Positions 1 through 11,944 of a DNA stretch of 64,000 nt are shown here, in pieces. The translations under genes were made by a program, and so were the position numbers. How positions within the stretch are numbered: position 1 is the first letter of the stretch; each line of letters starts with the position of its first letter. The DNA lies in assembly GCA_965644295.1 (NCBI GenBank), contig CBFFRP010000139.1:1-64000 (forward strand), in the 5' to 3' direction. This DNA is from Paraphysomonas bandaiensis (taxonomy: Eukaryota > Protista > Chrysophyceae). The notes under the pieces are model-generated. The model ran no database searches, was not told where the DNA came from, and saw only the letters and a list, made by a program, of their open reading frames with translations.

Positions 1-54
1 GCATTCTTCTAGCCACTAATTGATGCAAGGTCTCAACGCCTATTGCTAAATAAT

Positions 55-135
55 CAGATATTTACTACTTAATGCCATTATAATCGCCGGGACCTGGACT
101 ACCATTAATGGGCCACTAATGGTTACAAGGCCCTG
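55..135. mobile_element. Truncated copy of the hAT-type CAGGGCCTGG MITE family, inserted in the terminus of repeat family A
   Basis: AATGCCATTATAATCGCCGGGACCTGGACTACCATTAATGGGCCACTAATGGTTACAAGGCCCTG matches the right half of the copies at 22555-22730 and 31705-31836; the left boundary is approximate. Confidence 0.7.
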
Positions 136-362
136 CTAAATACTAAGACTAGCTATAAATCTTATTTCATTGTAGTACTTGTTGCGACCAGGAATTCTTA
201 ATGGCGTATGGAGTAGAACAAAATTCTCGACGTATGAAAATCGGTAAAGAATAATGCTGCTACTATAAATTTATTACGACTTAAACTTACATAACATTTC
301 CCCCCTCATCATAAAAGACATGTCAAAAGCAGCTAATTCGCATAATATCTAATTTAACCATA

Positions 363-1996
363 CTAACACGAATGCTTAGGGGTCCTGATTCGAGGTTCTC
401 CACAATACTCGTTGTCATCGCCACAATAAAATGGTACTAGAGGTCTAACAAAACTTTGTTTTTCTGCTCGCATGGGGAATTTTTCGAGCATGGGCGTAAC
501 ACTTCTGGAGGTAGAGACATTGTGTATCACAGAGTACCAATAACTCTGTTTAAGTCGCTCATATTCAAAGTCGTCCACGCGATATATGGCCTCTATATAT
601 GCAGATCGAAGAAGGTCGGGAGTAATGTCATAAAAGTCATCTACGAGAAGCACAGGAAGTCGCCAGAACTAAAACGAGTTAAGTAAGAAAGATGTATATA
701 TACGAATTACCATGCGATCGAATCCAACTCCTCTTTCTACAACGCCTACAGATCCCATCAAGAGGATCTCCCAATTCCTGCGGGTCACATTAGTTGTCAC
801 CTTGTGAACTTAGTGATCTATTGTTGACAGGTGAAAGAGCACCTGAAACAATCATAGCCCATTCCCGGCAACATCAGTCCAAATCTTGCGCGAGCTAGCT
901 TGATATAGTATGCCATGCGTGACTCGGTGTGGCTGCTGCTGAGGAGGTCCGTAGCAAACTTGTCTCCTGCACCTGCCGTGTGGCCGTAAAAGTCGGAGGG
1001 TGAAAATTTCTCTGAGATACATCTCAGTATTTGTGGGCCTGGAGAAACAGAGTGAACATGTGTTAGCAAATAGGGAATATAAATATCATTATGCCACTCA
1101 CGTGGTCCCCATGATGAAGACATGGACACCAGTAGCAGTTCCTTAGTCTCTTGGCGAATTACATACTCTAGAGAGTCAAAAACTATCTTGGGAGTGTGTT
1201 CCCACTGGAGAGGAATACCACGAGGCAATGTCAGCAGCTTTGGATGGCTGAAATTGGTTTGCTGGTTGATGACCATCATCAGTGTTTTGTCGCTATCTAA
1301 GAAGCGTAGTAGTGACGGCACCTGACGGGGTTTAGGGTATCTGCCCCACTGCATTGTCCTATTGGGGAAGGCCGAGCTCATCCATCCCCAATTTTCGTTT
1401 AGCGCACAAACGTATATAGCTGGAGTGGTAATGTGCTCCTCTGCCGCAGCGAACTCAGCAAGGAATTCTGACCTAGAGACGCTCCGGACGGCATTTCCAC
1501 CAACGCTTACTATCCTACCCGCATTATTGTATCTAAAAGAACCTATCTGAATTATAGGAGCCCGTCGCATGTAGCGGGACTGGTATGATTTGCGGATGTA
1601 CATTTCATCTGTTTTGCCATCCCTATTGATCTGTCTTGCATATCTCTTCTTGGATTCCGTCGACACATATCCACCCGTTATGGGGCCGAACATTGTTTTG
1701 GGGTCAATAAACAGATCGACCATATTTTCAATATTGCGGAATGCTTTATCCCCATCCAAGTAATCAAAAGGGTGAGTAAATATCTTCCGAATACGTTCAG
1801 CAAATATCTGTCGCCCACTAGCAGCTATAGCCTGTGACTGTTTCCATCTCTCAGCATCCAGTGGAGGAGAAAATCCGAAGTAGCTTGATTTGGGCATTTC
1901 AATATTACACCACACTGGATCATCACAACTAATGCACCTCGTACACACCATCACTTTGAGTATTACAGTACATATCAACTCTACTGTAGTTCTCAT
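363..1996 (-). CDS. Exostosin/GT47-like glycosyltransferase-domain protein (spliced; true start uncertain)
   Basis: Introns at 1039-1101 (in frame), 778-842 and 669-710 join the ORFs into PGMGYDCFRNWEILLMGSVGVVERGVGFDRMFWRLPVLLVDDF, resembling the GT47 C-terminal PxGxGxDCxRxWExLxxGxIPV motif. Confidence 0.6.
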
Positions 1997-2542
1997 ATGA
2001 ATCTGTTGAGTTGCTTAATAAAACTGTCTGAGATAATCAAACTAATATCTCCACCCGTTAATGTATTCAATGACTCAAATAGGGAGATAAGAGCCTTAAA
2101 ATCAAGGAGTAGGACAATATGACTCTCCTCTCAACTTATCTGAGTAGATACAGTTAGCTGGCAACCACTCTGCATCTGCTTAATTAACGTACATTGACGA
2201 CTGCTATAGAAGATGAGCGCACTGGATATACCCGGTATGGTATACGGTATACGGACATACAGAGTATAGCATACGCACACCACTCTATGAGCACAACGTT
2301 GTGTGTACTTCAGGGCACTGTACATACAACACACAGTGCCAAAAAAGATTTTTTGTTGTTGTGGTTGATGCACTTTGCTCATTCTTCCACTTCATGCTTG
2401 CTTCTTTTCCCACTTCAATTCCATCGACATCTACATATATATATATATATATGGTACATACTCAGTGTGTATGATACGAGCTCTTAAACAACAGCTATGA
2501 GCAGCACAGTTGTGTAAGATATTGTTTAAGTGCATATAAGTG

Positions 2543-4192
2543 ATGCTGAAATTATTTATTTTTCTTGGCTCAATCATAGTTGTTCTATTGGCGTTAATCT
2601 TTAACTCCTATTGGATTTATATCCCAGCACTTATAGATAAACTGCTGTATAAGGAACCTCTCCCTAATATTGACGTCATATGGGAGTCATCGCAACCCAT
2701 CAATGACAAGAAAAGGGGGCCTAACGTCGTCCTTATTCTAGTGGATGATTTAGGATTTAATGACATCTCGTTTTATAGTGGAGGGTTTATGAATGGTAGC
2801 ATTCAAACCCCAAACATCGACTCAATTGGGGTAAATGGGGCAGCATTTACAAGAGCTTACGCAGGGCATGCAACATGTGCACCTTCTCGTGCGGCGTTAT
2901 TAACTGGTCGATACCCGACGAAAATTGGATATGAATTTACCCCAATCACTGACTGGGGTGCTTGGATGCTGGGAAAGTATATGAACAATGGTGACCTGCA
3001 AGGCGTTTACCATTCTGATAAGGCGAATGGTGTTCACGATGTGAAGGTTAATCTCCCACTATATGCACCGACAATTGCTGAGTCTCTTTCTAATGGCAAC
3101 TCCTCGTACAAATCCATTTATCTGGGGAAGTGGCACAATGGCAATGATGATGAATTCAAGCCGCTCACAAGAGGCTTTGATGAATCACTTGCATTCAGCC
3201 TCATCTCGAGTTATCTTCCAATTGGGCATCCAGACTCTGTTGAATGCCGCTTAGATGATTTTTTAGACAAATTTATATACGCGAATATCAGATATCAGAT
3301 TTGCAAAAATAGGGGTGACTACTTTGAGCCCCGAGGTTATCTCACAGACTATTTAGCCGAGGAAGCTGCTAGTGCCATATCAGCGAACAAAGGAGTCCCT
3401 TTCTTTATGTACTTGTCCTTCACAGCGGTACACACTCCACTCCAGGCACTTCTATCGGATTACAATCATCCCTCTCTGTCTGGAATAGATAATCATTGTA
3501 GTCGGGTATATGCTGCTATGCTGATAGCTCTTGACAGAGCAATTGGAAAGGTGTTACAAGCACTGGAAGAGAATGGACTAACTGAGGACACCTTAATTAT
3601 ATTCACGAGTGATAACGGAGCACCGAGTTATATTAACCAGCCGGAAGTGAATAAGCCGTACAGGGGTTGGAAGGCAACTTTTTTTGAGGGTGGGGTGAGA
3701 GTACCATTAATGATGCGGTGGCCAGGTGTGATTCCAGCTGGTACCAGTGTGAGATCTATGGTAAGTCACGTCGATATATTCCCCACAGTAATGAAGATGG
3801 CGGGTATATCTGTGGAGAAAGATGTGGACGGTGTGGATCTGCTACCCCATGCACTGGGTTCTGCATCAAAGGAAGTTGTACATGACACATTTTTCTGGAG
3901 ATCGGGGCATTATATGTCTGTACGACAAGGCGATTGGAAACTTCAGGTATCTTCCAACCCCGAAAAAATGTGGCTTTACAATTTAGGAGAAGATGAGGGT
4001 GAGATGCTAAACTTAGCATACAATGCGAACTACTCGAGCACTCTGGAGCACATGCTAGCTGTACTGCGGGCCGAGAATGCAAAACAATCTGAACCACTAT
4101 GGCCTTCCCTCTCTGAAACACCTATCCTTGTGGATAAATTCTTAACTGACCGCTACCAACAAGGCGATGAGTATATATATTGGCCAAACTAA
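2543..4192 (+). CDS. Formylglycine-dependent (S1) sulfatase with N-terminal membrane anchor, intronless
   Basis: PNVVLILVDDLG, CAPSRAALLTGRY (CxPxR), GKWH, FTSDNG and EGGVRVP motifs; hydrophobic N-terminus. Confidence 0.95.
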   Translation: MLKLFIFLGSIIVVLLALIFNSYWIYIPALIDKLLYKEPLPNIDVIWESSQPINDKKRGPNVVLILVDDLGFNDISFYSGGFMNGSIQTPNIDSIGVNGAAFTRAYAGHATCAPSRAALLTGRYPTKIGYEFTPITDWGAWMLGKYMNNGDLQGVYHSDKANGVHDVKVNLPLYAPTIAESLSNGNSSYKSIYLGKWHNGNDDEFKPLTRGFDESLAFSLISSYLPIGHPDSVECRLDDFLDKFIYANIRYQICKNRGDYFEPRGYLTDYLAEEAASAISANKGVPFFMYLSFTAVHTPLQALLSDYNHPSLSGIDNHCSRVYAAMLIALDRAIGKVLQALEENGLTEDTLIIFTSDNGAPSYINQPEVNKPYRGWKATFFEGGVRVPLMMRWPGVIPAGTSVRSMVSHVDIFPTVMKMAGISVEKDVDGVDLLPHALGSASKEVVHDTFFWRSGHYMSVRQGDWKLQVSSNPEKMWLYNLGEDEGEMLNLAYNANYSSTLEHMLAVLRAENAKQSEPLWPSLSETPILVDKFLTDRYQQGDEYIYWPN

Positions 4193-4386
4193 AACTGTGG
4201 ATTTAACATTGTGATTGTTGATATATTTTGATATGTCTTATCACCCACAGTGTTTAGTGTACGATGTCTGAAGTACAACATATGATAAACATGTTCATTT
4301 GGCTACCATCTTCAGTATAATTTTCAAGCAGCTTCTGTTTGCACTTTTACACCTATACAAGTACGAGAATAATGTTTCATGGTATT

Positions 4387-5358
4387 GAGATATATTATTC
4401 AACCTAGTCAATTGGTTGAATTTCCTAGTCATACTATTTTCGGTGTAAAAACCTAGTCAAAGCAATAAATGACTCAACCTAGCCAATTATAGTATTAAAC
4501 CTAGTAGTTCTGATATCCATTGATTACACATTGTGACTGTCTAAGATACGCGCACACACCACACAACATATTAATGGCTCCGAGAGCAGCACAACAAACA
4601 TAGCAATTAATTCGTATATGCATATCTACTTAACAGTGTATGTGTATGCAGCATCTCTATAGCTTATTAGTGTACGATGGTCTCTTACCAGTGTTATGAG
4701 GAGGAGGAGTGGTCAGTGAAGTTACCCCATGAGTATACAGACACCTGGAGCTCTTCATACGCTATGAGTGAGATCGCTTATCTTCCTTCACTTCACTTCA
4801 CGACAAGCGACTTGTTGAATGAGCGACTGCATTGGCTTCCAGGAGGGCATGAATACCCCATGTTTTCAGACCGATTAAGAAAACAGAGGGGTTTCATGAT
4901 GTCACAAAGTCTGTGTATTTGTAGAAACAACATCACTGAAATGGACTGCCTCTCCAGGAGCAGATCAAACGATGAGGAGTCTGTCGAACAGTGTACAGTG
5001 TATCACTGGCAGTCTCCCTCAATAGTCTCTTGATGCTCTGATTGTGAGCTGTCAGTCCTCGCATAATAATTCGAGTACCTGGAGATATGTATATGCTTGG
5101 ATTGGTGCTGGTATACACGAGCGAGAAAGTGTTTCTATGGCAGCGTCGGCTCTCTGGTGAAGAATACGATATACATTGCATGCATGCAACGTTTGCTAGA
5201 GTATGCACCCACGTTTGACTAGGTGAATACCCTATTCCACCTACTCAACTTAGTCATTGTAAAGTTAAAAATTTCATTATTTAATGACTAGGTTTTTACA
5301 CCAAAATTGAGGTGACTAGGAAATTCCACTAAATTGACTAGGTCGAAAAATAGATCCC
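4387..5358. mobile_element. Non-autonomous Mutator-like (MULE) TIR element
   Basis: Imperfect TIRs over 100 bp built from CCTAGTCA repeats (GAGATATATTATTCAACCTAGTCAA ... TTGACTAGGTCGAAAAATAGATCCC); perfect 9-bp TSD CATGGTATT at 4378-4386 and 5359-5367. Confidence 0.85.
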
Positions 5359-5887
5359 CATGGTATTTCGTATTTCGTATTTCATATTGTATAACTAATT
5401 CTAGCAACCTCTAATTGGAGGCGCTATGGAAATATATTAGCTTTATATAAATAATCAGTCTTTGTCTACGAAACATAAGATTACTTCCGATTCTGTCGAT
5501 GCCCACGTCTTTATGTATTATTGTATATGTTTATTTTATTGTTGAAAATATATTCTTATAAACATGTTGACATATCTCTTCCTTTCCTGAACTGCGGTGA
5601 ATATTTATGTACTCTTACTGTTATTAGACACAACCCAGAAATCGGAAATGCTAAAGAAGAGTAAAGGGTCATATGTCTACAAGCATCCGTAGAGAGGTAG
5701 AGTAATATGAAAGTAGAGGAGAACATCATCACTGCCTCAATTTTACTTACGGAAAACATTTTAACTATTCATGCTACACAGTTACATAAAGTAAGAATAT
5801 CACCGGCATGAGTATTGCTTACAATACTCGCAGCCATATCGTTTTAATGTGTCATCATCACATACATTGAAGTAGCATGAGCTGTGT

Positions 5888-6823
5888 CTACCTTCCCATA
5901 TGAGAACACCCTCCTTGCCACATTTCTATTACCAAACTCCGGCGGGTGCCTTGAGTGAGTGGAGTAATGTTGTGGAACTTGTGTGACACAAAACATATGG
6001 CGTCCCCCGCATTCATTGGGTGCTCGGAGTGGATATCACCGGGCTCATATGTCCTGAAAACTCCCCCTTCGTGATCGCCCGCGAGTAGAGCTACTATTGT
6101 GAGAATACTGTCCACATCATAGTGCAATGGGTCAACTAGACCACCTCCAACTTGGTACTCCCAGTGCTCAATTACACGCAGAGATAATGAGGAAATTCCC
6201 CCCGAAACATCTCGCAGTGGCCCGTTTGGTCCGCTCCAGTTGCCTTCCTCCCAGGCACGAGCAGCAAAATTGACTAGCTTGCCAACCACATGGGGAGCCT
6301 CACAAATCATGGGATATGCTGGAGGGTTGTTCAGAAAAGTCGCTACTTTGTGTGCATGAGTTGCGTTTTGTGGGTTATTGTCCTTAAGGGATTCCACGGA
6401 AGCTACATGCCTCCTCACAGCTTCAACATCATCAATGTCAGACGTGCTCAATAGTGCATTTGCAAACACAACGGACGAGGCTTGAGCACAGGCAACATCA
6501 ATTACATCTAAAAAACCCGCTAACCCCGCTTTGTCTGCGATTTCCCTAACACCACGAGGCAAACCACCATAAGTTACAGAATCCAGTTCAGGCCACTGCC
6601 GATAAGCACGTCTGTAACACTGAATAGCACCATTAATATCACCTTCACTCTCTTTTTTAGCACCTAACCAGTAAATTTCAACGGCTTCCGTTTTACCAAA
6701 GTGTTTTGCAACTCTATATAAACCAAAATCCTCATCTATATCATTCGATTGTGATGTGTTATCTGCAAGCCAAGATCTCCACTTCTCCTTTCCGTCATTT
6801 TCACCAGGTATCACTACAGTCAT
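5888..6823 (-). CDS. 2OG-Fe(II) dioxygenase with an N-terminal TPR-like helical hairpin
   Basis: HxD in LHYDVDS, distal His and Arg in HNITPLTQGTRRSLVIEMW, EGGVF strand; N-terminal EAVEIYWLGAKKESEGDINGAIQCYRRAY. Confidence 0.8.
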   Translation of the reverse strand: MTVVIPGENDGKEKWRSWLADNTSQSNDIDEDFGLYRVAKHFGKTEAVEIYWLGAKKESEGDINGAIQCYRRAYRQWPELDSVTYGGLPRGVREIADKAGLAGFLDVIDVACAQASSVVFANALLSTSDIDDVEAVRRHVASVESLKDNNPQNATHAHKVATFLNNPPAYPMICEAPHVVGKLVNFAARAWEEGNWSGPNGPLRDVSGGISSLSLRVIEHWEYQVGGGLVDPLHYDVDSILTIVALLAGDHEGGVFRTYEPGDIHSEHPMNAGDAICFVSHKFHNITPLTQGTRRSLVIEMWQGGCSHMGR

Positions 6824-7538
6824 ATCTAACTTATGTCATCCAATTGATACGTATCGTCGCTTTCTTGTCTATTCCGAATTAGCGTTTCGGAGTGACAATA
6901 TACCCATTGACAAGTCTTTGGAGTATCAACAAATGTCCTCCATATAAAACCAAAAGTCGACTTTTGGGAAAGCAGACCTTTGTAAAATCCGAGTTTTTCG
7001 TTGTGGCGAGAAGAAATATTACTTTTTTAATAAAATCTACAGAGCGAAGTGGACTGTTGGCCATGGAGTGGCCCTCAATCTATATGGCCACAAAATACCC
7101 AATACAAGGCACAAAAAAGATCCTGCAAAAAAGTTGGTGGTTTGCAGTCCACATGCTCAATGAAACATAAAAATACACGATATTGTTTATTCTATAAATT
7201 AAAGACATCTAGAAACCATGAAAAATGAGCAGAACTATCTCAGAAAAATACCCCACCAAATTTTGAATATACCATCTGGAAGACGTTCAAAACCATGTGA
7301 AAGTGTGTTGCTCCCACGTCGTCATATGTTTCCACACATCCCTGTAGTAAAAACACGTATCAGTCATGGAGTTCATGAGACTCATATATATCATTGATCC
7401 TATAGCATTCTGGGAATTAGAACCAAACAAGGTTGCATTGATTAGAGTGACCTGAAAGCTACTCGAAAGTATTGGGCATTTATTGCAGTAGGAGTAAGTG
7501 GAACTGTTAGTTATCTATACGATTTCGTATAGAATAAA

Positions 7539-8791
7539 ATGATGGCAACATGTACTGTTAATGAACCATCTATCGGGAAAGTGTATCAGAACTCTAGTCA
7601 TGCAACTGTGGTGAATCCTACTGTTGCAAATGATACAAAAAAAGATAAGGGTAGCCCAGTCGTCCTGTCGTCTTTTTGGATAGACAAACCGGCTATATTT
7701 GCCCCTATGTATCATTATGAGACGGACTACTACAGAAGTCAACTCGAAAAATGGCCCCTGCGGGCTATATGGAGTAATATGAGCGATACTAGTGTTAATA
7801 TTTTAGAAACTCCTCAGCGGTTAAAGGCTCTGAGAAAGGCTGCTGCAGATGAGACCATTTCGATACTCCGCACTGGTGTATATAAAAAAGGGAACGGAGA
7901 GGAGGTCAATATATTAAATGACATTCGGCTGTCAATTTCTTCGAGCGTGTGCTACCCACCTGATGACGAAATATTTTCTGCTGAAGATATAAAGCCTCGC
8001 TACGCCACCACAATGCTAGAAGTGAGAAATATGACTACCCTCCAAGCCTGTCGCGACCTGTGGAATCGTTATGGTGGCGAGGTAGGGTGCCTTTGCTTTG
8101 CTTCCGGCAAGAATCCCGGTGGAGCATTCTTAGGTGGGTCAGATGGACAAGAGGAGAGTATTGCGCGGTCGTCCTCTTACTACCATTGTGTTATTCGCGA
8201 CCCGTCGCTATATGAATTCAACCGCGTCAATAAGGACCCGTTTCAGAGTGACCACCTTATTGTTGCCCCTCATATGCCAGTCTTCCGCCAAGATACCTCC
8301 CCCTATAGCGTGATAGATCCTTGGTATTTGACAGCTATCTCTGCCCCAGCAGTTAACGCTTCATTGGTAAGGGAGCGACGTGTGCCTCAAGGAGAGGAGC
8401 GTATTCAGCAACGCATGCGGGCCAGAGTCCGACGCATTTTGACTGCCGCCTATGCGTACGGTGTCCGAAATCTTGTTCTCGGTGAGTACGGGTGTGGTTC
8501 CCTTGGAAACGATCCCAATGAGGTACGTGACCATGCAATTCCTTTCATGTATATCCAATGACACATATTTGGTAGATTGCTCTCTATTTCCGTGAGGAGT
8601 TGATGCTTCCGACCTCACGATTCCGATGTGCTTTTGAGCATGTTGTATTCGCTATTCACGACGCCCCAAGCGCCCCTGTTGGTGGTGGCCGGCCAAAAAT
8701 CCACTGTCTGCCCCCTTTTGCAGATGCAATTTGTCCTGTGGGTCGGACCATTGTTATTCAGAGAGACGGATCGAGGCCCCACTATATTTGA
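7539..8791 (+). CDS. Microbial-type PARG / TIGR02452 (DUF2263) macrodomain protein
   Basis: LCFASGKNPGGAFLGGSDGQEESIARSS and LVLGEYGCGSLGNDP; intron 8523-8575 leads to IALYFREEL...FEHVVFAIHD. Confidence 0.9.
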
Positions 8792-9489
8792 AATTTCTTC
8801 GTTTGCTCTTCTCTTCAAAGTGGTCGAGTTATACCCTCAGTGCAGGGAACATTACATATTGCTGATGTGGTTGAGCTCATAAAGCTAACGTTTTCATCGC
8901 ATTGCTACACTCAGTGTTGAGTCATATTCAAAGCAGCTGGAATTTAACGCAGTAGTGCGTGCTTCTCCTTTCATTGTGTTCATTCACTGCACATGGTGTG
9001 TAGCAGTTATTCAGATCACTGTTTCCGTCATATTTGTGATTAGTAGTTGGTAGAATGGATGTAAGTGTCTAAGGTGATTACATTTTTTTACTTTTCTGTC
9101 GAGTTGAATTTTGTTTTTCCACACGTCGATAATACTAATTATCAACAGTGACAGTGTGTATATAATGAGACAAAGCCGAACCGTGTATATAATGGCGTCA
9201 GTGATCATTAATGGTAATCTCATACCTCTATTCTTCGAATAAACTCTAGATAACCAGATAATGTTCGTAAAGCTCTAGAGCTAATTTGTGGCATCTTAGT
9301 GCAATGTCAGCAGCAAACTCAAAGCTATAAATGTTAGAAAATATTTACAATTGAAATATCCTTTACAATTGAAGTGCCTATATCGTGGTGATGTACGACG
9401 TATATATGTCTAGCTCCCATAAAACTATTATAACGGCAAAAGTGACAGTCATATTATTCATCCTCCATCAACCAAGTGGTCAATTTTGG

Positions 9490-9545
9490 CAAAAATACCT
9501 AGTCAAGTAATACAAGATTCAACCCAGCCAATTATAACCTTGTCA
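9490..9545. repeat. Degenerate fragment of the CCTAGTCA MULE-like TIR
   Basis: AAAAATACCTAGTCAAGTAATACAAGATTCAACCCAGCCAATTATA aligns with 4447-4495. Confidence 0.6.
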
Positions 9546-9576
9546 TAAGTTTTTCTAGTATATGTATATATTGAAC

Positions 9577-9745
9577 GTCCTGTTATTTAGCAATAGGCGT
9601 TAAAAATCTGAATATAGTGGCTAGTTGAATGCTAGACAAACTAGTTAGACCTCTACCCATAACTAATCAGCACAAATTCTATTATCCTACTATTTAGCGC
9701 TACAGAAGCTGCTTGTGCGTCGCCGCAAGCACCAAGGTGCGACCA
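9577..9745 (+). repeat. Repeat family A terminus (unclassified TE relic)
   Basis: TTATTTAGCAATAGGCGTTAA...TATCCTACTATTTAGCGCTAC...GCGTCGCCGCAAGCA is the reverse complement of copies near 19100-19235 and 60570-60737. Confidence 0.75.
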
Positions 9746-10538
9746 AGTATACGTATATAGTTACGCACTGCAGAATAGTGAGGTCACATGAGATACAGTA
9801 AACCAAGGCAGTATAGATCAGATAAGGAGAGAGATGTCGTGACATGAAATACAGTGAGTGGTTGAGATCATGACTTTCTACGATTATTGAGTGGTGAGAG
9901 TAAATCCATTTAATGTAGCAAGACGATATGAATTATGAACGATGTAAAACTTGAATTAATGAAGTGTGGTATGTGTAGTTTGTAGTGTTTAGTAAGCTTA
10001 CTTCAAAATATCAATTTCGACGGTGGTAGTTCAGGTTGATGTCTCTGCAACTGTTCGGAACAATTACAAGAAAGATGTGGAGAAATTATTGCAAAAAGGA
10101 AGTACGTCTTCGTTTTTATTGCTCTTGCAATCTGAGGCCAATGTTGTTTTACCATTGTCGTTTCATGTACAATACATTGAATATCTTCTATCTAGATCCA
10201 TAGGTGGTAATGTCCTCTCGTCCATCGCCAAGACATGGAATATTGGGGTAAAACGAACGATAATATATATCCAATATACAGTACATACAAAGTACTGTTT
10301 ATTGAACACAAAAAATGAGTAAATCAAAAATCCCTGGCATTTTGAGATATAAAAATAGGGATATTGGAGAGTGGATTGCTTTTAGGGAAGCCCTCCAATA
10401 CATTTATGTTATTAAAATGATTGACGATTTGAATATGTGGATCACATGTATGTGAGTACATATATATAGTACACGATTTTGTCACCTCTAATATATATTT
10501 CTTGTGAGCGTCATTATTTGTTTATTGTTGAATAGAGA

Positions 10539-11624
10539 ATGAATCCTAATCAGTACATACCACAACCCTCAGATAGGACGCCTGTCTATCCTCCCAGATT
10601 TACGGTTCCTATCACATATCCCCCGCAGCCTGTGACTCACCCTTCTTCATATCATAATATTTCAATGCCGTTACAGCATCCTGATAATCCACGATATACA
10701 GAACAGGCTGTACCGAACACTGAAGAACCCTCTAGAGGTGTAAACCAATGTATACTGTACACTGGGATGTAACATTTATTGACAACCAGGTAGTGAAGCA
10801 TCACAGTCAACTGATTCGAGTTCTATAGAGCTAAAACGGTAGGTGTATTTACTTTTCATCATTTGTAAAGCCCCGACTGACCCTTGTACTTAGCGAGAGG
10901 AACAGGATTCTTGCTAGGGAAACTCGCATACGCAAAAAGTTCCTTTTCGAGGTGACAGAGTTGTACATCCCTTATACCGCCTGATTGATATGTGTAGAAT
11001 CTTCAAAAGCAAGTTGGAGCTCTAATGAAGGAAAATGAGCAACTGAAGGAAATAATCGAAGCCCACATGCAACCTGATGTGGCTAGAAGTGTCCTATCGG
11101 AATGTTGTAACCCCCTTCCTGATGTAGTGGCCTCTGTCTCTAACAAAGCGACCTCTGTTCTTGCCAGAGAGGATTTCGGACTCATAAGTGCCATTCGAGC
11201 CGCACAACGCGCCTTCTGCATCACCGATCCCCATCTTCCCGATAATCCAATTGTGTTCGCATCCCAAGGGTTCTTGAGCCTCACTGGATACTCCGTTGAC
11301 CAAGTTCTAAACAGAAACTGTCGATTCCTTCAGGGTGCTTTGACGGACCAGTCTCAGGTGGCTATGCTGGCGGATGGAATAGCCCGTGGCGTTGATACCT
11401 CTGTAACGATCATAAATTACAAGTCGGACGGTACTCCTTTTTGGAACCAAGTGTATGTCGCTGCTTTGAGGGATGCAAATAATGTCATCGTCAATTACGT
11501 TGGAGTGCAGTGCGAGGTTCAACAGGAGGATATGATTGCTGCTATGCAGGCAAAGGTTACAGAAGGACAGGGACAGCATACGGTTCAAGGTGGGGCACCC
11601 TTGAAAAGGGCCAGGAGGAAATAG
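10539..11624 (+). CDS. AUREO: Aureochrome (bZIP-LOV blue-light photoreceptor transcription factor)
   Basis: Introns 10738-10789, 10839-10893 and 10952-10997 give bZIP LKRERNRILARETRIRKKFLFENLQKQVGALMKENEQLK, followed by LOV FCITDPHLPDNPIVFAS...NRNCRFLQG...NYKSDGTPFWN...YVGVQC. Confidence 0.93.
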
Positions 11625-11944
11625 AATTTGTGTGAAAAGGGTCCAGTCAAGTTTCTGTGTGTTAAGTTAGGTGCTAGTATTTGTTCAGATGTGGAATGTT
11701 TCTTGGTTATTATCGTTGGTGCTTGCCATAGTCAAATTGAGTTGAGTATGTTTTAGTCGTTTACCATGATACTCTAGTGTATGCGATACATACTGAAATT
11801 AGTTGCGATAGTGACAGTGAATTCTATCTTGACGTTATTGATAGTCCACATCACTGTATACACCTTGTAATTTCGGTGCAATAATCTTGTCATGTTAATT
11901 AATTATGAATTTGAGTTCAATGTTGCCGATGCCGGAAATATAAT

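Noticed and set aside
4395-4510. Spaced CCTAGTCA repeats as a CRISPR-like array
   Set aside because: Units are only 8-10 bp, irregularly spaced and mirrored at the far end of a TSD-flanked element, so they are TIR subrepeats
10023-10322. 99-aa ORF upstream of the aureochrome
   Set aside because: GTG start, no domain and no splice link to the neighbouring gene
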